From IMG/VR virus record IMGVR_UViG_3300028832_000112, positions 1 through 64,000 of that record: a stretch of 64,000 nt of DNA, one strand, 5' to 3'. A model generated the notes under the pieces. The model saw only the letters and a list, made by a program, of their open reading frames with translations. It ran no database searches and had not been told where the DNA came from. Made by a program: the position numbers and the translations under genes. Shown piece after piece: positions 20,104 through 29,301 of this stretch (its first letter is position 1; each line of letters opens with the position of its first letter). Source of the stretch: a virus. Taxonomy: Duplodnaviria > Caudoviricetes.

Positions 20104-20129
20104 AAAAGTCCGCCGTGAGGCGGACTTTT
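20104..20129. terminator. Bidirectional intrinsic terminator
   Basis: aaaagtccgcc-gtga-ggcggactttt between convergent genes. Confidence 0.85.
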
Positions 20130-20148
20130 CCATATATACCAGTTCCGA

Positions 20149-20709
20149 CTAGAAGCCGCCTTCCTCAAAGAACGCGGATGCGTCCAAGGTCGGTTCGACT
20201 TCGTCTTTGACGAAGCGGAGCTGTTCGAGCCATTCGGTGAACTGTTCCTTTGTCGGTTCTATGTCGAAACCGAATTCGTCGAAGTCGTAGCAGTGTTCAC
20301 CGCTGCCGATTTCGCCGTCGCAGAAGTCGGTCAGTCGTTCCAAGACTTCGTCGAACGTGACGTCGCAGAGTTCTTCCATTTCGCGCAAGGATACGAGTTC
20401 CTTGTCCTTGGGAAGCTGGTTGAAATTCTTTTCTGAGCTGCTTGGATCGTAGAACGTGATCGGTATGTACTCACTGCATTTGCCGTTGAATGACGTCGTA
20501 CCGTAGAAGTTCTCTCCGCTCAGTTCGTAGCAGTACCTTGTGTAATGCCCTTCCCATTTGAAACAACGGTCTCCGATGGGTTCTTCCTTTGCCTTCTTGA
20601 TGGCTTCTGCAGTCTTCATCTTGCAGAATTCCTCGCATTCCTTGGTCAAGCCGACGGAACCGATGAACGCCCATAGTAAGTCGGCGCTGTATTCTTCGTT
20701 TACATCCAT
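20149..20709 (-). CDS. Hypothetical acidic protein
   Basis: GAGGA RBS before ATG 20709; phage-like codon use. Confidence 0.65.
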   Translation of the reverse strand: MDVNEEYSADLLWAFIGSVGLTKECEEFCKMKTAEAIKKAKEEPIGDRCFKWEGHYTRYCYELSGENFYGTTSFNGKCSEYIPITFYDPSSSEKNFNQLPKDKELVSLREMEELCDVTFDEVLERLTDFCDGEIGSGEHCYDFDEFGFDIEPTKEQFTEWLEQLRFVKDEVEPTLDASAFFEEGGF

Positions 20710-20710
20710 A

Positions 20711-21013
20711 TTAGTCCTCGCATTGTTCTTTGTAGGTAATAACGGAATCCATGGGGAAGGAGACGACGTCGTGCGCATTGTTCTTGTGCATGATGACGAT
20801 GCGGTCAGCGCCGCCGTCTTGTCCCCTGGACTTTTTCTGATAGCTGTATTGATGTAGGTCGAAGTCCATGCACTTCGGCACGTTGATATTTCCGCTGTCG
20901 CCGACGCACACGGTCAGCTTCCCGGCTTCGCAGTCATCCATGCAGCACTTGAGGAACAAGACCAACATGAGGATGACGACAATGAATATGAGTGTCGGAT
21001 TGGCTTCGTCCAT
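20711..21013 (-). CDS. Membrane-anchored small protein (paralogue of 21016-21336)
   Basis: N-terminal TM; GKLTVCVGD....VPKCMDFDL. Confidence 0.7.
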   Translation of the reverse strand: MDEANPTLIFIVVILMLVLFLKCCMDDCEAGKLTVCVGDSGNINVPKCMDFDLHQYSYQKKSRGQDGGADRIVIMHKNNAHDVVSFPMDSVITYKEQCED

Positions 21014-21015
21014 GA

Positions 21016-21336
21016 TCAGTCCTTGCAGCCAGATTTTGCTGCAGAAATGAGTTGCTTGTTTGGGTAGTTCACTACGTCGGTGGAGACTTCCTTGTTGATG
21101 ACTACCAAGTGGTCGTCGTACCGCTTGTACTTGTATTTATCCAGAGGGAAGTCGTAGCACGTAGGGACGCCGAACTTCTCGGTGTCGCCAACGCATACGG
21201 TGAATTTGCCCTTGACGCAGCTGATTTGTTCTTCCTTGTTGCTGATCAGCCATTTTGCTCCGAAGAACAGGGCGAGTCCTATCACGATGATGAATAGGAC
21301 TTCCCACCAAGATAATTCGTCTGATGAACTTGCCAT
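21016..21336 (-). CDS. Membrane-anchored small protein (paralogue of 20711-21013)
   Basis: N-terminal TM; GKFTVCVGD....VPTCYDFPL. Confidence 0.7.
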   Translation of the reverse strand: MASSSDELSWWEVLFIIVIGLALFFGAKWLISNKEEQISCVKGKFTVCVGDTEKFGVPTCYDFPLDKYKYKRYDDHLVVINKEVSTDVVNYPNKQLISAAKSGCKD

Positions 21337-21337
21337 G

Positions 21338-22063
21338 TTATTTCTTCTTTCTCGGCATGCACTGGATGGTATAGGTGCCGCCATCGGTGGAACGTGTTTC
21401 CTTGACGACCGTGCCGTCTACGATACCCACGCGGATTTCCTCGCGGAGACGATCCATAGCGCCTTCGGCATGGGAGATTTCGCGGCCACGGAAGCGGATG
21501 TTGAGCTTGACCGGGTGGCCTTCGACGAGGAAGTCGTTAGCTTGCTTGAGGATACGGGCGCGGTCTGCCTTGGACGAGTCTGTCGTGTCGGAAGTGAGCT
21601 TCAGCATCTTTTCTTCGGACGCCTTTGCTGCGGCACGGTTCTTCTTGTCAAGTTCCTTGGCCTTCTTCTTCTGGTCGTAGATGTACTTGCTGAGGTTGCC
21701 GAGCTCTGCGATGGGCGGATCGATGCGGTTGTTGACGGCGATGAGGTCGAGACCTCGTTCGTCGGCCATCTTCTGTGCTTCTGCCGTGGACATCACGCCG
21801 AGAGACTGGCCGTTCTCGTCCTTGAGGCGCACGGAAGCCGCCGTGACTGTGTACTGGGCCTTGGCCTCGTCCATCGGGCTCTTCGGAACGAATCGCTGGC
21901 GCGGCTTGACCGTGTAGATGGGCGGATTTACCTTCTCGTCCACCGCCACCAGATCGAATCCGCGCTTGCGAGCGTACTCCTTGGCCTGTCCGGTGGCCAT
22001 GGAACCGAGATCTTTACCGTTTTCATCCCTCATTTGGAGGAAACTTGCTTGAATGTATGCCAT
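21338..22063 (-). CDS. infC: Translation initiation factor IF-3 homologue with tandem duplicated N-terminal domain
   Basis: Two IF3-N units (DENGKDLGSM...RGFDLVAV....PP and DENGQSLGVM...RGLDLIAV....PP), linker KYIYDQKKKAKE, and C-domain FLVEGHPVKLNIRFRGRE; AAGGAG RBS and ATG start. Confidence 0.9.
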   Translation of the reverse strand: MAYIQASFLQMRDENGKDLGSMATGQAKEYARKRGFDLVAVDEKVNPPIYTVKPRQRFVPKSPMDEAKAQYTVTAASVRLKDENGQSLGVMSTAEAQKMADERGLDLIAVNNRIDPPIAELGNLSKYIYDQKKKAKELDKKNRAAAKASEEKMLKLTSDTTDSSKADRARILKQANDFLVEGHPVKLNIRFRGREISHAEGAMDRLREEIRVGIVDGTVVKETRSTDGGTYTIQCMPRKKK

Positions 22064-22095
22064 TTTTAACTCCTTTTGTTTGTACAATACACCGA

Positions 22096-22124
22096 AATAT
22101 AGTACATTCTAGCCATTTTGGCAA
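22096..22124 (-). promoter_or_regulatory. Sigma70-type early promoter for the IF3 operon
   Basis: TTGCCA-N17-TATATT on the minus strand. Confidence 0.7.
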
Positions 22125-22756
22125 ACGTCGACCTCTTCGGAGTCGTCTTTTTTGGCATTTTCGAGCGCTTCTGCCCTAATTTTGTCAAAAATGGCGCTTT
22201 CGACACGTCTGAACGGCTTGTAGTCGCGGTCGCAACCGTAATCCACGTACAGAAGTCCGTCCTTTCCGACCATGTACATACTTTCCGAGTGGATGTTCAT
22301 TTCCGTATAGGGAGTCAGACACCACTTCTTGTACTTATTGCGCTCTTCTTCGCTGTTGTAGTCCGCATTTGCTTGGTCTTGAAGCCAGCTGTCGTCTTTG
22401 ACTCGCCAATTACCACGGTAGTCCTTCCAGAATTCCTCGTACAAGAACTCGTCGATTTCTTCCTTGTGGTACTTGCTGTCGTAGTCGCCCCGTACTCCGA
22501 TGATCTTGACGACCTGGTCGGACTCTAGGGACATGTAGCAGTTGCCAACCAAAGATTCCATGAACTCGTCCGTCGGCGTGAAGTAGTCGCGGATTGCGTC
22601 CATGTGCATGTCGTCGAAGTCGTCGTAGGTCTTTCCGTGCCAAGTGAACGTGATCTTGGAGTCCATCCCCTTCGGCATGTTCTCCAGTGCGCAGCCCAGC
22701 TCGAAGAAGTCGGCCAGGGTCAGCTCGTCTAGTGTCTTGTTTGAGAAGTCTTTCAT
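22109..22756 (-). CDS. Hypothetical protein
   Basis: 215-aa ORF with RBS and an upstream TTGCTATATT element (22778-22787, minus strand). Confidence 0.65.
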   Translation of the reverse strand: MKDFSNKTLDELTLADFFELGCALENMPKGMDSKITFTWHGKTYDDFDDMHMDAIRDYFTPTDEFMESLVGNCYMSLESDQVVKIIGVRGDYDSKYHKEEIDEFLYEEFWKDYRGNWRVKDDSWLQDQANADYNSEEERNKYKKWCLTPYTEMNIHSESMYMVGKDGLLYVDYGCDRDYKPFRRVESAIFDKIRAEALENAKKDDSEEVDVCQNG

Positions 22757-22802
22757 ACGGATTCCTTTCTTTCTGCCAATATAGCAAAGATGCCCGGTTT
22801 CG

Positions 22803-24200
22803 TCATACGAGGACGTGCAGTTCCTTCGCGGCTCTCGTGAACGCGGTGTACTTTAGCTTGTTGCGAAGCTCGTGCTCTTGGATTCGGTTGATGTTCCTCT
22901 CGACGACGAACACGTTCTGTATGGTGGAACCCTGCGACTTGTGTGCGGTGAGCGCGTAGATGTAGCCTACCCACATGTAGTAGTGGTTGAGCGCGGCGTA
23001 GTCCTTCCACGCTTCCTTCGGCGTGTAGATCTTGTGGCCGTTCTTGTCTTCCTTCTCAAGTCGTTCCTTGGCCTCTATGGCCAGTTCCTCGCGGAGCTTG
23101 TAGAAGTCTTCGAGGCCGTCCGGACGGATGATGTACGCCGTGGCGTTTGTCTTGCGCTTCTTGCGCTTCACGACGTTCGACACCTCGACCTTGAAGCACT
23201 TGATGTGGTAGCAGGGGTCTTCGACATCCTCGATGGAGTTGATTATCAAGTGCTCCTCGATGTTGTAGATGACGCTGAACATCAGGTTCCTTCCCACATG
23301 CACGTCGTTGCCGTACGTGCGCACTACGCGCACTTCCTCGCCCACTTCGTACATTCGGGTACTGTCTGGATAGATTGCCGCACGGACACGCTCGTTGATG
23401 GCGTCCACAGCCGCGTTGGTGTACGCGACTGCCATCGCGTGGCTGGAGTCGTTCTTGAACTCTTCTGACGTGAAGTACGGCATCATCGTGGACATGAACT
23501 CGCGCTCGAAGTGGTGGAAGTAGATGCCAGTGCCGTCTTCGGAGACCTTCGTGTCGTGAGCGAACAAGTCGACCGGGCTCGTCATGTCCTCGCGCATCTT
23601 GGTGACTACGCCGAGGATTGGGTTCTGGTCTGCAGTGCGCATTACCTTCGTGAGTTCCACCTTCATCGGGAGCTGGAAAATGACGGACTCCATGTAGCCC
23701 TTGTTGGCGTCGTCCACCGGGGGAATCTGGCAGCGGTCGCCGACATAGATCACCTTGATTGCCGTAAAGGTGCGGAGCTGCTTCTGTATCTCGTTCAGTA
23801 ATGCGTTGGACACCATCGAGGCTTCGTCGATGATGACGACCTCGTATTCGCAGAGGTGCGACTCGTGTTCCTTCTTGAGTTTCGGCTTGCCGTCGGAGAA
23901 GTCTAGTAAGACTAGGCCGAGCAGCGAGTAGATGGTCTTGTCGTAGTCTCGTCCGGTCGCTTGCGCGATGACTTCCACTGCCTTGTTCGTAGGCGCGGTA
24001 CACACGCAGCGCGGCATTTCCTCGTTGTCGCCGCTTTCCAGTTCGTCGAGAAGTACGTTGATTAGCGAGGTCTTTCCAGTACCAGCCGCGCCGTACAGAA
24101 CCATCTGCCTACGGTCTGGTGCCTTCAAAAACTTGTGTATGATTTCCAGCGCGTTGAGCTGGTCTTCGTTCAGATCGGATTTCTTTAATCGTTTGGCCAT
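22803..24200 (-). CDS. dda: SF1B DNA helicase, T4 Dda-like
   Basis: GAAGTGKT, TAPTNKA, IIDEASM, VGDRCQIPPV, AYTNAAV, TAHKSQGST and YTAFTRA motifs. Confidence 0.9.
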   Translation of the reverse strand: MAKRLKKSDLNEDQLNALEIIHKFLKAPDRRQMVLYGAAGTGKTSLINVLLDELESGDNEEMPRCVCTAPTNKAVEVIAQATGRDYDKTIYSLLGLVLLDFSDGKPKLKKEHESHLCEYEVVIIDEASMVSNALLNEIQKQLRTFTAIKVIYVGDRCQIPPVDDANKGYMESVIFQLPMKVELTKVMRTADQNPILGVVTKMREDMTSPVDLFAHDTKVSEDGTGIYFHHFEREFMSTMMPYFTSEEFKNDSSHAMAVAYTNAAVDAINERVRAAIYPDSTRMYEVGEEVRVVRTYGNDVHVGRNLMFSVIYNIEEHLIINSIEDVEDPCYHIKCFKVEVSNVVKRKKRKTNATAYIIRPDGLEDFYKLREELAIEAKERLEKEDKNGHKIYTPKEAWKDYAALNHYYMWVGYIYALTAHKSQGSTIQNVFVVERNINRIQEHELRNKLKYTAFTRAAKELHVLV

Positions 24201-24224
24201 GGGGTTAAATTTAGAAAGAAAAAT

Positions 24225-24232
24225 TATAAACT
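24225..24232 (+). promoter_or_regulatory. Putative late promoter motif TATAAACT
   Basis: 27 nt before ATG 24260. Confidence 0.6.
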
Positions 24233-24259
24233 CAAATTAAAGGCAAAATCGGGTCTTCT

Positions 24260-24706
24260 ATGCTCAAAACAATCGAAAAAATCGCTGGCAAGGGCACTCC
24301 TCTCTGTGAGTCGCTTCAGAAACTTTACACTCTCTGCGAAGGCGTCACGCAGCCTACGCAGCAGTCGTTCACATTCTTGAACCAGCGTTTTGGTGACGGC
24401 AACCGACCGGATCCGAACAAGATTACGGACATCGTCGATGTGATGGTGGACAATGACCGAGAACTTTATGACTTGATGCACAATACTCGTTCGCCGTCTC
24501 GTGCAGTCGCATGGGCTACTTGGATGAAGGCCGCCAATGCGTTCTTGGAATACCACGAGGCCAAGCCGCTTTCGTCTAAGCAATTCAAGCGCTGGTTCCT
24601 TGCTGGCGGCATGACTCTCGACGAGGCTATGAAGGGTGCCGTCGCCAAGATCGACAGCAAGCGAGCAGAACACAAGGCGGTACTCGCGGAAAAACAAGGA
24701 GTCTAG
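24260..24706 (+). CDS. Putative internal head protein
   Basis: N-terminal TPLCESLQKLYTLCEG module shared with other late-motif genes. Confidence 0.55.
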   Translation: MLKTIEKIAGKGTPLCESLQKLYTLCEGVTQPTQQSFTFLNQRFGDGNRPDPNKITDIVDVMVDNDRELYDLMHNTRSPSRAVAWATWMKAANAFLEYHEAKPLSSKQFKRWFLAGGMTLDEAMKGAVAKIDSKRAEHKAVLAEKQGV

Positions 24707-24707
24707 C

Positions 24708-25547
24708 ATGGCCGAGAAGCACCAGATTTTCATCGAGTCGATGGTCAAGATGAGCAAGGTTTCACCCGACTACGTGGAACCTCTGAAGGCCATTACGAAG
24801 TGCTACGTCATCAACGAAGGTCTTGACTTCAGCGACATCAAGGCGAAGGCCAAGGGCTATGCGGACAAGATGCGCACGTTCGCCGATGCGGCGAAGGAAC
24901 GCCTCATGAAGGATCCGGCGAAGATCGATGTTCCAGACCAGAACGGCATTACGAAGGTTGATGAAGCTCTTCTCGAAATCGACAAGCGCGACTTCAACAA
25001 GGACTATGGCGAATTTCTGAATGTCACGAACAAGCTAACTACGTTCCTACGCATTCACGGAACGCAGCTGTTTCACCGACTGATTTCTTCGCCGGAGTTC
25101 AAGACTGCATTGAAGCGCGGCGAATACCTTGACACGTTGAAACAGAAGACGAAGGCCGACGTCGCTCTTGCCGAATCCGTCAACAAGGCGATGCAGTTTG
25201 TCGCCGTCCTTGAGAGCGTTGCCAACATGGGCTACCGTACTCTCGCAAAGGGCGTCTACGATGCATATTGCCTTACCGAAAGCACCTTCGGCGTGAATAC
25301 AAAGAACTTGTTCGAGTCTTCGTTCTCCGCGATGGAAGCTGTAGAACTGGCCGAGCAAGCCGTTGACGTGTCTCCGGACGAGGTCGAACACAAGTTTTTC
25401 CCGTTCATCGAGAAGTGCATCATCAAGCATGGCCGCAGTCTCTGGGAACGTTATCTAAAATCCGAAAATTTCAAGTGGGCTGTCGCATGGGGCAACATCA
25501 TGGACGGCGATGATCACATGAGGACTGACGATTATGGTAGTGTATAA
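24708..25547 (+). CDS. Putative internal head protein
   Basis: AAGGAG RBS; multiple xxE(S/G/A) sites (FIES, INEG, LAES, VLES, LTES, LFES). Confidence 0.55.
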   Translation: MAEKHQIFIESMVKMSKVSPDYVEPLKAITKCYVINEGLDFSDIKAKAKGYADKMRTFADAAKERLMKDPAKIDVPDQNGITKVDEALLEIDKRDFNKDYGEFLNVTNKLTTFLRIHGTQLFHRLISSPEFKTALKRGEYLDTLKQKTKADVALAESVNKAMQFVAVLESVANMGYRTLAKGVYDAYCLTESTFGVNTKNLFESSFSAMEAVELAEQAVDVSPDEVEHKFFPFIEKCIIKHGRSLWERYLKSENFKWAVAWGNIMDGDDHMRTDDYGSV

Positions 25548-26214
25548 GAAGGGTCACAAGAATTCCGAGGGCGAAGACGCTCCTTGGACGATTGTTTCGC
25601 ACAAGACTGGCGAGATTTTGTCGTCTCACAAGTCCAAGACTGCCGCAGATAAGCACTTGCAGCAGATGGAGTATTACAAGAACAAGGACGCGCAGACGGA
25701 AGGCGTGAAGGATTTCGCTCTCGCTGGCGCTCTGGCCATGTCTCCGCTGACCGCAGTCGATGTCGACGCAGCGCCTCACCGCGAAATCGTGGAGGCTCCG
25801 GTCGTCAAGGACTATTCCAAGGTGCAGTTCAACAAGAACGTCACTTACAAGCTCACTCCAGACCAGTACAAAAAGCTTGCCGCATGCAAGAATCTTCCTC
25901 CTGATTACATTGTTCCGAGACCGGGAAAGGATGTAAAGGCTGCTGCGGCTCCGAAGTCAGCTCCCACACAGACGACGCAAGCTCCGAAGCAAGGCGGTTC
26001 GGAATGCGGTACTATGTGCAAGCTCGGAAACGCAGTCGGTTCTGGCATAAAGTCCGCTTGGAACGGCATCAAGGACTTCGGAAAGGGCATTTATGACGGC
26101 TGGAACAGCCAGAACGAGGCGGTGGACGATTTCAACCGCTGGCTGGGAGAGCAACCCAAGACACCGATGATGGAAGCGGTACAGCAAATGTACGACGTTC
26201 TGTTCGAAAAATGA
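25534..26214 (+). CDS. Putative internal head/ejected protein
   Basis: WTIVSHK.G.ILSSH.SK..A.KHLQQMEYYK domain; internal TEG-VKDFALAGALAMSPL signal-like segment; C-terminal TPMMEAVQQMYDVLFE. Confidence 0.55.
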   Translation: MVVYKKGHKNSEGEDAPWTIVSHKTGEILSSHKSKTAADKHLQQMEYYKNKDAQTEGVKDFALAGALAMSPLTAVDVDAAPHREIVEAPVVKDYSKVQFNKNVTYKLTPDQYKKLAACKNLPPDYIVPRPGKDVKAAAAPKSAPTQTTQAPKQGGSECGTMCKLGNAVGSGIKSAWNGIKDFGKGIYDGWNSQNEAVDDFNRWLGEQPKTPMMEAVQQMYDVLFEK

Positions 26215-26225
26215 AAAATAAAGTA

Positions 26226-26253
26226 AAATGCCGCTTACAAAGCGGCATTTCTT
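26226..26253 (+). terminator. Intrinsic terminator
   Basis: aaatgccgctt-aca-aagcggcattt-ctt. Confidence 0.8.
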
Positions 26254-26280
26254 GCATTTCAAATTCGATAAACGTATATT
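26252..26280 (+). promoter_or_regulatory. Nested early (TTGCAT-N17-TATATT) and late-like (GATAAACG) promoter for phoH
   Basis: -35 at 26252-26257, -10 at 26275-26280, GATAAAC at 26267 inside the spacer. Confidence 0.55.
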
Positions 26281-26315
26281 AAGAAGCAACACCGCTTCCC
26301 ATACAAGGATTCTAC

Positions 26316-27296
26316 ATGAGTTTTTGCGGAACCGAGATCATTCGTGATCGACACGACAAGCCCATCTACACCAAGACTGCTGGCCAACAACGCCTAGTCG
26401 ACGCTATCAACTCCAATGACATTATCTTCGTGAACGGCCCTTCTGGAACTGGAAAGACTGCCATCGCTACGTGGGTCGGCATTTCCGGCCTCGACGACGG
26501 AATTTACGAACGTCTTGTCTTGACACGCCCAGTCGTGACTGGCGGCGAGGAACTTGGTTTCTTGCCAGGTGGTCTCGACGAGAAGATAGCCCCATACATG
26601 CAACCTTTGTACGACGCGATTTCGCTCATCAAGGGACGCCGAGAGAAGCCGGAGGACGCCATCAAGAAGATGCCAGTCCTTACGGACAAGGAAAAGCGTT
26701 CCAAGAAGAAGTCGAAGAAGAACGTAGAGGAAGCATTCTCCAATAACGACTTCTATTCGAAGATTCAAGTGTGCCCGTTGGCATACATCCGTGGTTCTAC
26801 GCTTGCGAAGAGCTTCATTGTCTGTGACGAGTTCCAGAACACGACCATCGCGCAGATGAAGATGATGCTCACACGTCTCGGCAGAGATTCCAAGATGGTG
26901 ATTTGCGGCGACTCGAACCAGACTGACTTGCCGGAAAAGGTAGAGTCTGGCTTCATGCATGCGCAGAATCTATTGAAAGGCGTTCCTCGCATCGGATACG
27001 TCACGCTTGGCGTCGACGACATCGTGCGTCACCGCTTGATCAAGGAAATCATCTTGCGCTATGAAAGGCCGGACTACAAGCCGAATTCCGCTACGTACGA
27101 GGACGACTTCCGCAAGTTCCCGTCCCACACTTGGGATCGCGACCGCGAAGGCTACGACTTCTCGCCTACTGACGAAGATGACCGTCCTGATGACGATGAT
27201 GACCTGTGCAAGGCATGCGGCGGCACCGGGTATGACGACAACGGTGACGTGTGCAAATATTGCAAGGGGACTGGTCTCGAACCTATCGAAAAATAA
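26316..27296 (+). CDS. phoH: PhoH family ATPase with C-terminal CxxCxGxG zinc finger
   Basis: GPSGTGKT, LTRP, LGFLPG, PLAYIRG, DEFQN, LTRLG, GDSNQTDL and DIVRH motifs; tail CKACGGTG...CKYCKGTG. Confidence 0.92.
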   Translation: MSFCGTEIIRDRHDKPIYTKTAGQQRLVDAINSNDIIFVNGPSGTGKTAIATWVGISGLDDGIYERLVLTRPVVTGGEELGFLPGGLDEKIAPYMQPLYDAISLIKGRREKPEDAIKKMPVLTDKEKRSKKKSKKNVEEAFSNNDFYSKIQVCPLAYIRGSTLAKSFIVCDEFQNTTIAQMKMMLTRLGRDSKMVICGDSNQTDLPEKVESGFMHAQNLLKGVPRIGYVTLGVDDIVRHRLIKEIILRYERPDYKPNSATYEDDFRKFPSHTWDRDREGYDFSPTDEDDRPDDDDDLCKACGGTGYDDNGDVCKYCKGTGLEPIEK

Positions 27297-27300
27297 AAGA

Positions 27301-27325
27301 AAGGCTTGCTCATTGAGCAAGCCTT
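27301..27325. terminator. Bidirectional terminator
   Basis: aaggcttgctc-att-gagcaagcctt between convergent genes. Confidence 0.8.
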
Positions 27326-27344
27326 ATTCGTATTTGCAAAGTAA

Positions 27345-28430
27345 TTAAATTCCGTCGTAACGGCAGACGAGTTGTTCTTCTTCGTTTTCGATGGCGCGGA
27401 CGACTTCTCTTGGGTCGTTGTTTGCGTTCCATGCGTCGAGTACGGTGTCAGCATGTTCTTCGAGCCAATCCCAGGTTTCTTCAAATTCGCGTTCGGCGGT
27501 TTCTGGACGCCAGCCGTAGTCTTCGGCTTGTGCAGCGTTCACGGCCTTTGCGATTTCTTCTGGAATGACGCGGTGATTGGCTTCGACAGCTTCTAGCGCT
27601 GGCTTGTACACGTTGAACAACTTAATGACGGCTTCTGCTAGAGCTGGCTTTCCGGCCTTGCCGCAGAGAGTCTTTACGGACGATTCGAAGATGTCTCCGA
27701 TGTCTCCGTTCATCATGTCGTAGTGATCCATCATGGCAGTGTCGATGTTGTCGGCTACTTGACGCTCGATGTCGTTGTTTGTCTGAACATTGGCATCGCT
27801 TTCGCCTTCGTCGTTGTATTTGATCGTTGGGACACTCTGGAACTTGTACATAGCACCTTGCACACGAGAGTCTAGTGCGGACAAGCTGATAGAAATGTTC
27901 ATATTCATCACGATCTGGTATGTGCATCCGCCACGGTTGTCATTCATGTTATCCATTGGCGAGAGATATTCCGTTTCGATTTCACCCGGCTTGAACTGTT
28001 TTTCGATTTCCGCCGCGAGGTCGATTGCTAATTCTTCCGTCCATCCATCCTTGGAATATACTTCGGCAAAGAACTGGGTAGAGAAATCGCCAGCATATAG
28101 TTCCAGCTTTCCTACCGCAGTAATGGATGTTTTCTTCTTGTTGCTGTTCACCGCCTCGGTAATGGCTGGCTGTGCGCCTTGCGAGTTACAGAGACCTTGG
28201 ATGCCGTCAACGGTGTACTGGAGAGAGTCGAATTCGGTCTTGTCGTCGCCGTTGTACAGAACGATGGAACCTTGGGAGTCGCCTTCGCCGTCAAAACTGT
28301 TGTGTACGTAGACCGCCTTGGCTTCAGCGCCGTTGGGGAGCTTGAACTTGATCATGACGGACGGATTTGCGTCCGGATCGATTTCCTTGACTGCGTTGAG
28401 CAGGGAACCTAGTTGCTTGAGAAAAAACAT
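27345..28430 (-). CDS. Putative internal head protein (multi-domain)
   Basis: GATAAACT upstream; contains IFESSVKTLCGKAGKPALAEAVIKLFNVYKPALEA module. Confidence 0.55.
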   Translation of the reverse strand: MFFLKQLGSLLNAVKEIDPDANPSVMIKFKLPNGAEAKAVYVHNSFDGEGDSQGSIVLYNGDDKTEFDSLQYTVDGIQGLCNSQGAQPAITEAVNSNKKKTSITAVGKLELYAGDFSTQFFAEVYSKDGWTEELAIDLAAEIEKQFKPGEIETEYLSPMDNMNDNRGGCTYQIVMNMNISISLSALDSRVQGAMYKFQSVPTIKYNDEGESDANVQTNNDIERQVADNIDTAMMDHYDMMNGDIGDIFESSVKTLCGKAGKPALAEAVIKLFNVYKPALEAVEANHRVIPEEIAKAVNAAQAEDYGWRPETAEREFEETWDWLEEHADTVLDAWNANNDPREVVRAIENEEEQLVCRYDGI

Positions 28431-28450
28431 GGTCAACCTTAATGGTAATT

Positions 28451-28466
28451 TAATCGCAGTTTATCA
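28451..28466 (-). promoter_or_regulatory. Putative late promoter TGATAAACTGCGATTA
   Basis: Identical 16-mer to 51812-51827; immediately follows a terminator. Confidence 0.7.
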
Positions 28467-28468
28467 GA

Positions 28469-28491
28469 AAGGCCGCTTGTTCAGCGGCCTT
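28469..28491 (-). terminator. Intrinsic terminator
   Basis: aaggccgct-N5-agcggcctt, with TTTCT on the minus strand. Confidence 0.75.
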
Positions 28492-28508
28492 GTCTCATCT
28501 ATTTCGGT

Positions 28509-29300
28509 CTATCGCAGTCCGCTTCTGAAGCGGTTGCTGCAGTGGATCTTGTAGGTGTCTGGAGCATTCAACCCAACCTTCTCCCAGTCACCGGACTTTA
28601 GTAACGCCTTGAGCGTACTGTTGATGTGTCTGGTGCTGGATTCCACGATCGCCGTAGAGAACTCGTTGCGCGAACTCTGTTCAGACACGACGCAGCATCC
28701 GTTGATGACAGGGACAAAGATACGGACTTGTTCTTGTCTGTAGGAGTTGTCGAACGCATGCAAGTTCAAGATGATCTTGGAACGGTGGATGTAATGCTCA
28801 AGGAGCTTACCGCTAATGCCAGTGGCGACCATCGTCACGGCATGGTGCTGGCTCATTCCCATCCAGCTCTGGAGAATCTTCAAGCGACGGTCTGTAGGTG
28901 CGCCGTAGAACAGCACGTCAATATCCTTCTGTCCGTTGTAGACGGAAGTGTACTTCAGTGCGTCCACGTATTCCATCGGGACGTAGCTTGCGCGGATGCC
29001 GTTGGCGTAGAGGAAGTTGATGTTCTCGACATCGTAGTCCCACACTTCGTCGGCGGCCTTGAGCCAAGCGAGCACCTTGTTGTTCAGCCACGGACTGCCC
29101 TTGAAGAGCTGTTCGAGGTTGTACACGACCACTCGCATTCCCATGTGCTGTTGTCTGAACTGTTCCGGGGTAAGCTTGGATATCCCGGAACCGAGGACAA
29201 CGACGGTGTTCTCCAAGCCAGCGACATTGTCGAACTTGGCGTGGAGCATCGTCTCGACATCGGCGAACACGAACGGGTTATAGTTTTCGACTGTAAACAT
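28509..29300 (-). CDS. Glycosyltransferase (GT-B, family 1-like)
   Basis: DEVWDY...N, DIDVLFYG...RR, SKIILNLH...EQVRI....NG.CVVSE. Confidence 0.75.
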   Translation of the reverse strand: MFTVENYNPFVFADVETMLHAKFDNVAGLENTVVVLGSGISKLTPEQFRQQHMGMRVVVYNLEQLFKGSPWLNNKVLAWLKAADEVWDYDVENINFLYANGIRASYVPMEYVDALKYTSVYNGQKDIDVLFYGAPTDRRLKILQSWMGMSQHHAVTMVATGISGKLLEHYIHRSKIILNLHAFDNSYRQEQVRIFVPVINGCCVVSEQSSRNEFSTAIVESSTRHINSTLKALLKSGDWEKVGLNAPDTYKIHCSNRFRSGLR

Positions 29301-29301
29301 A

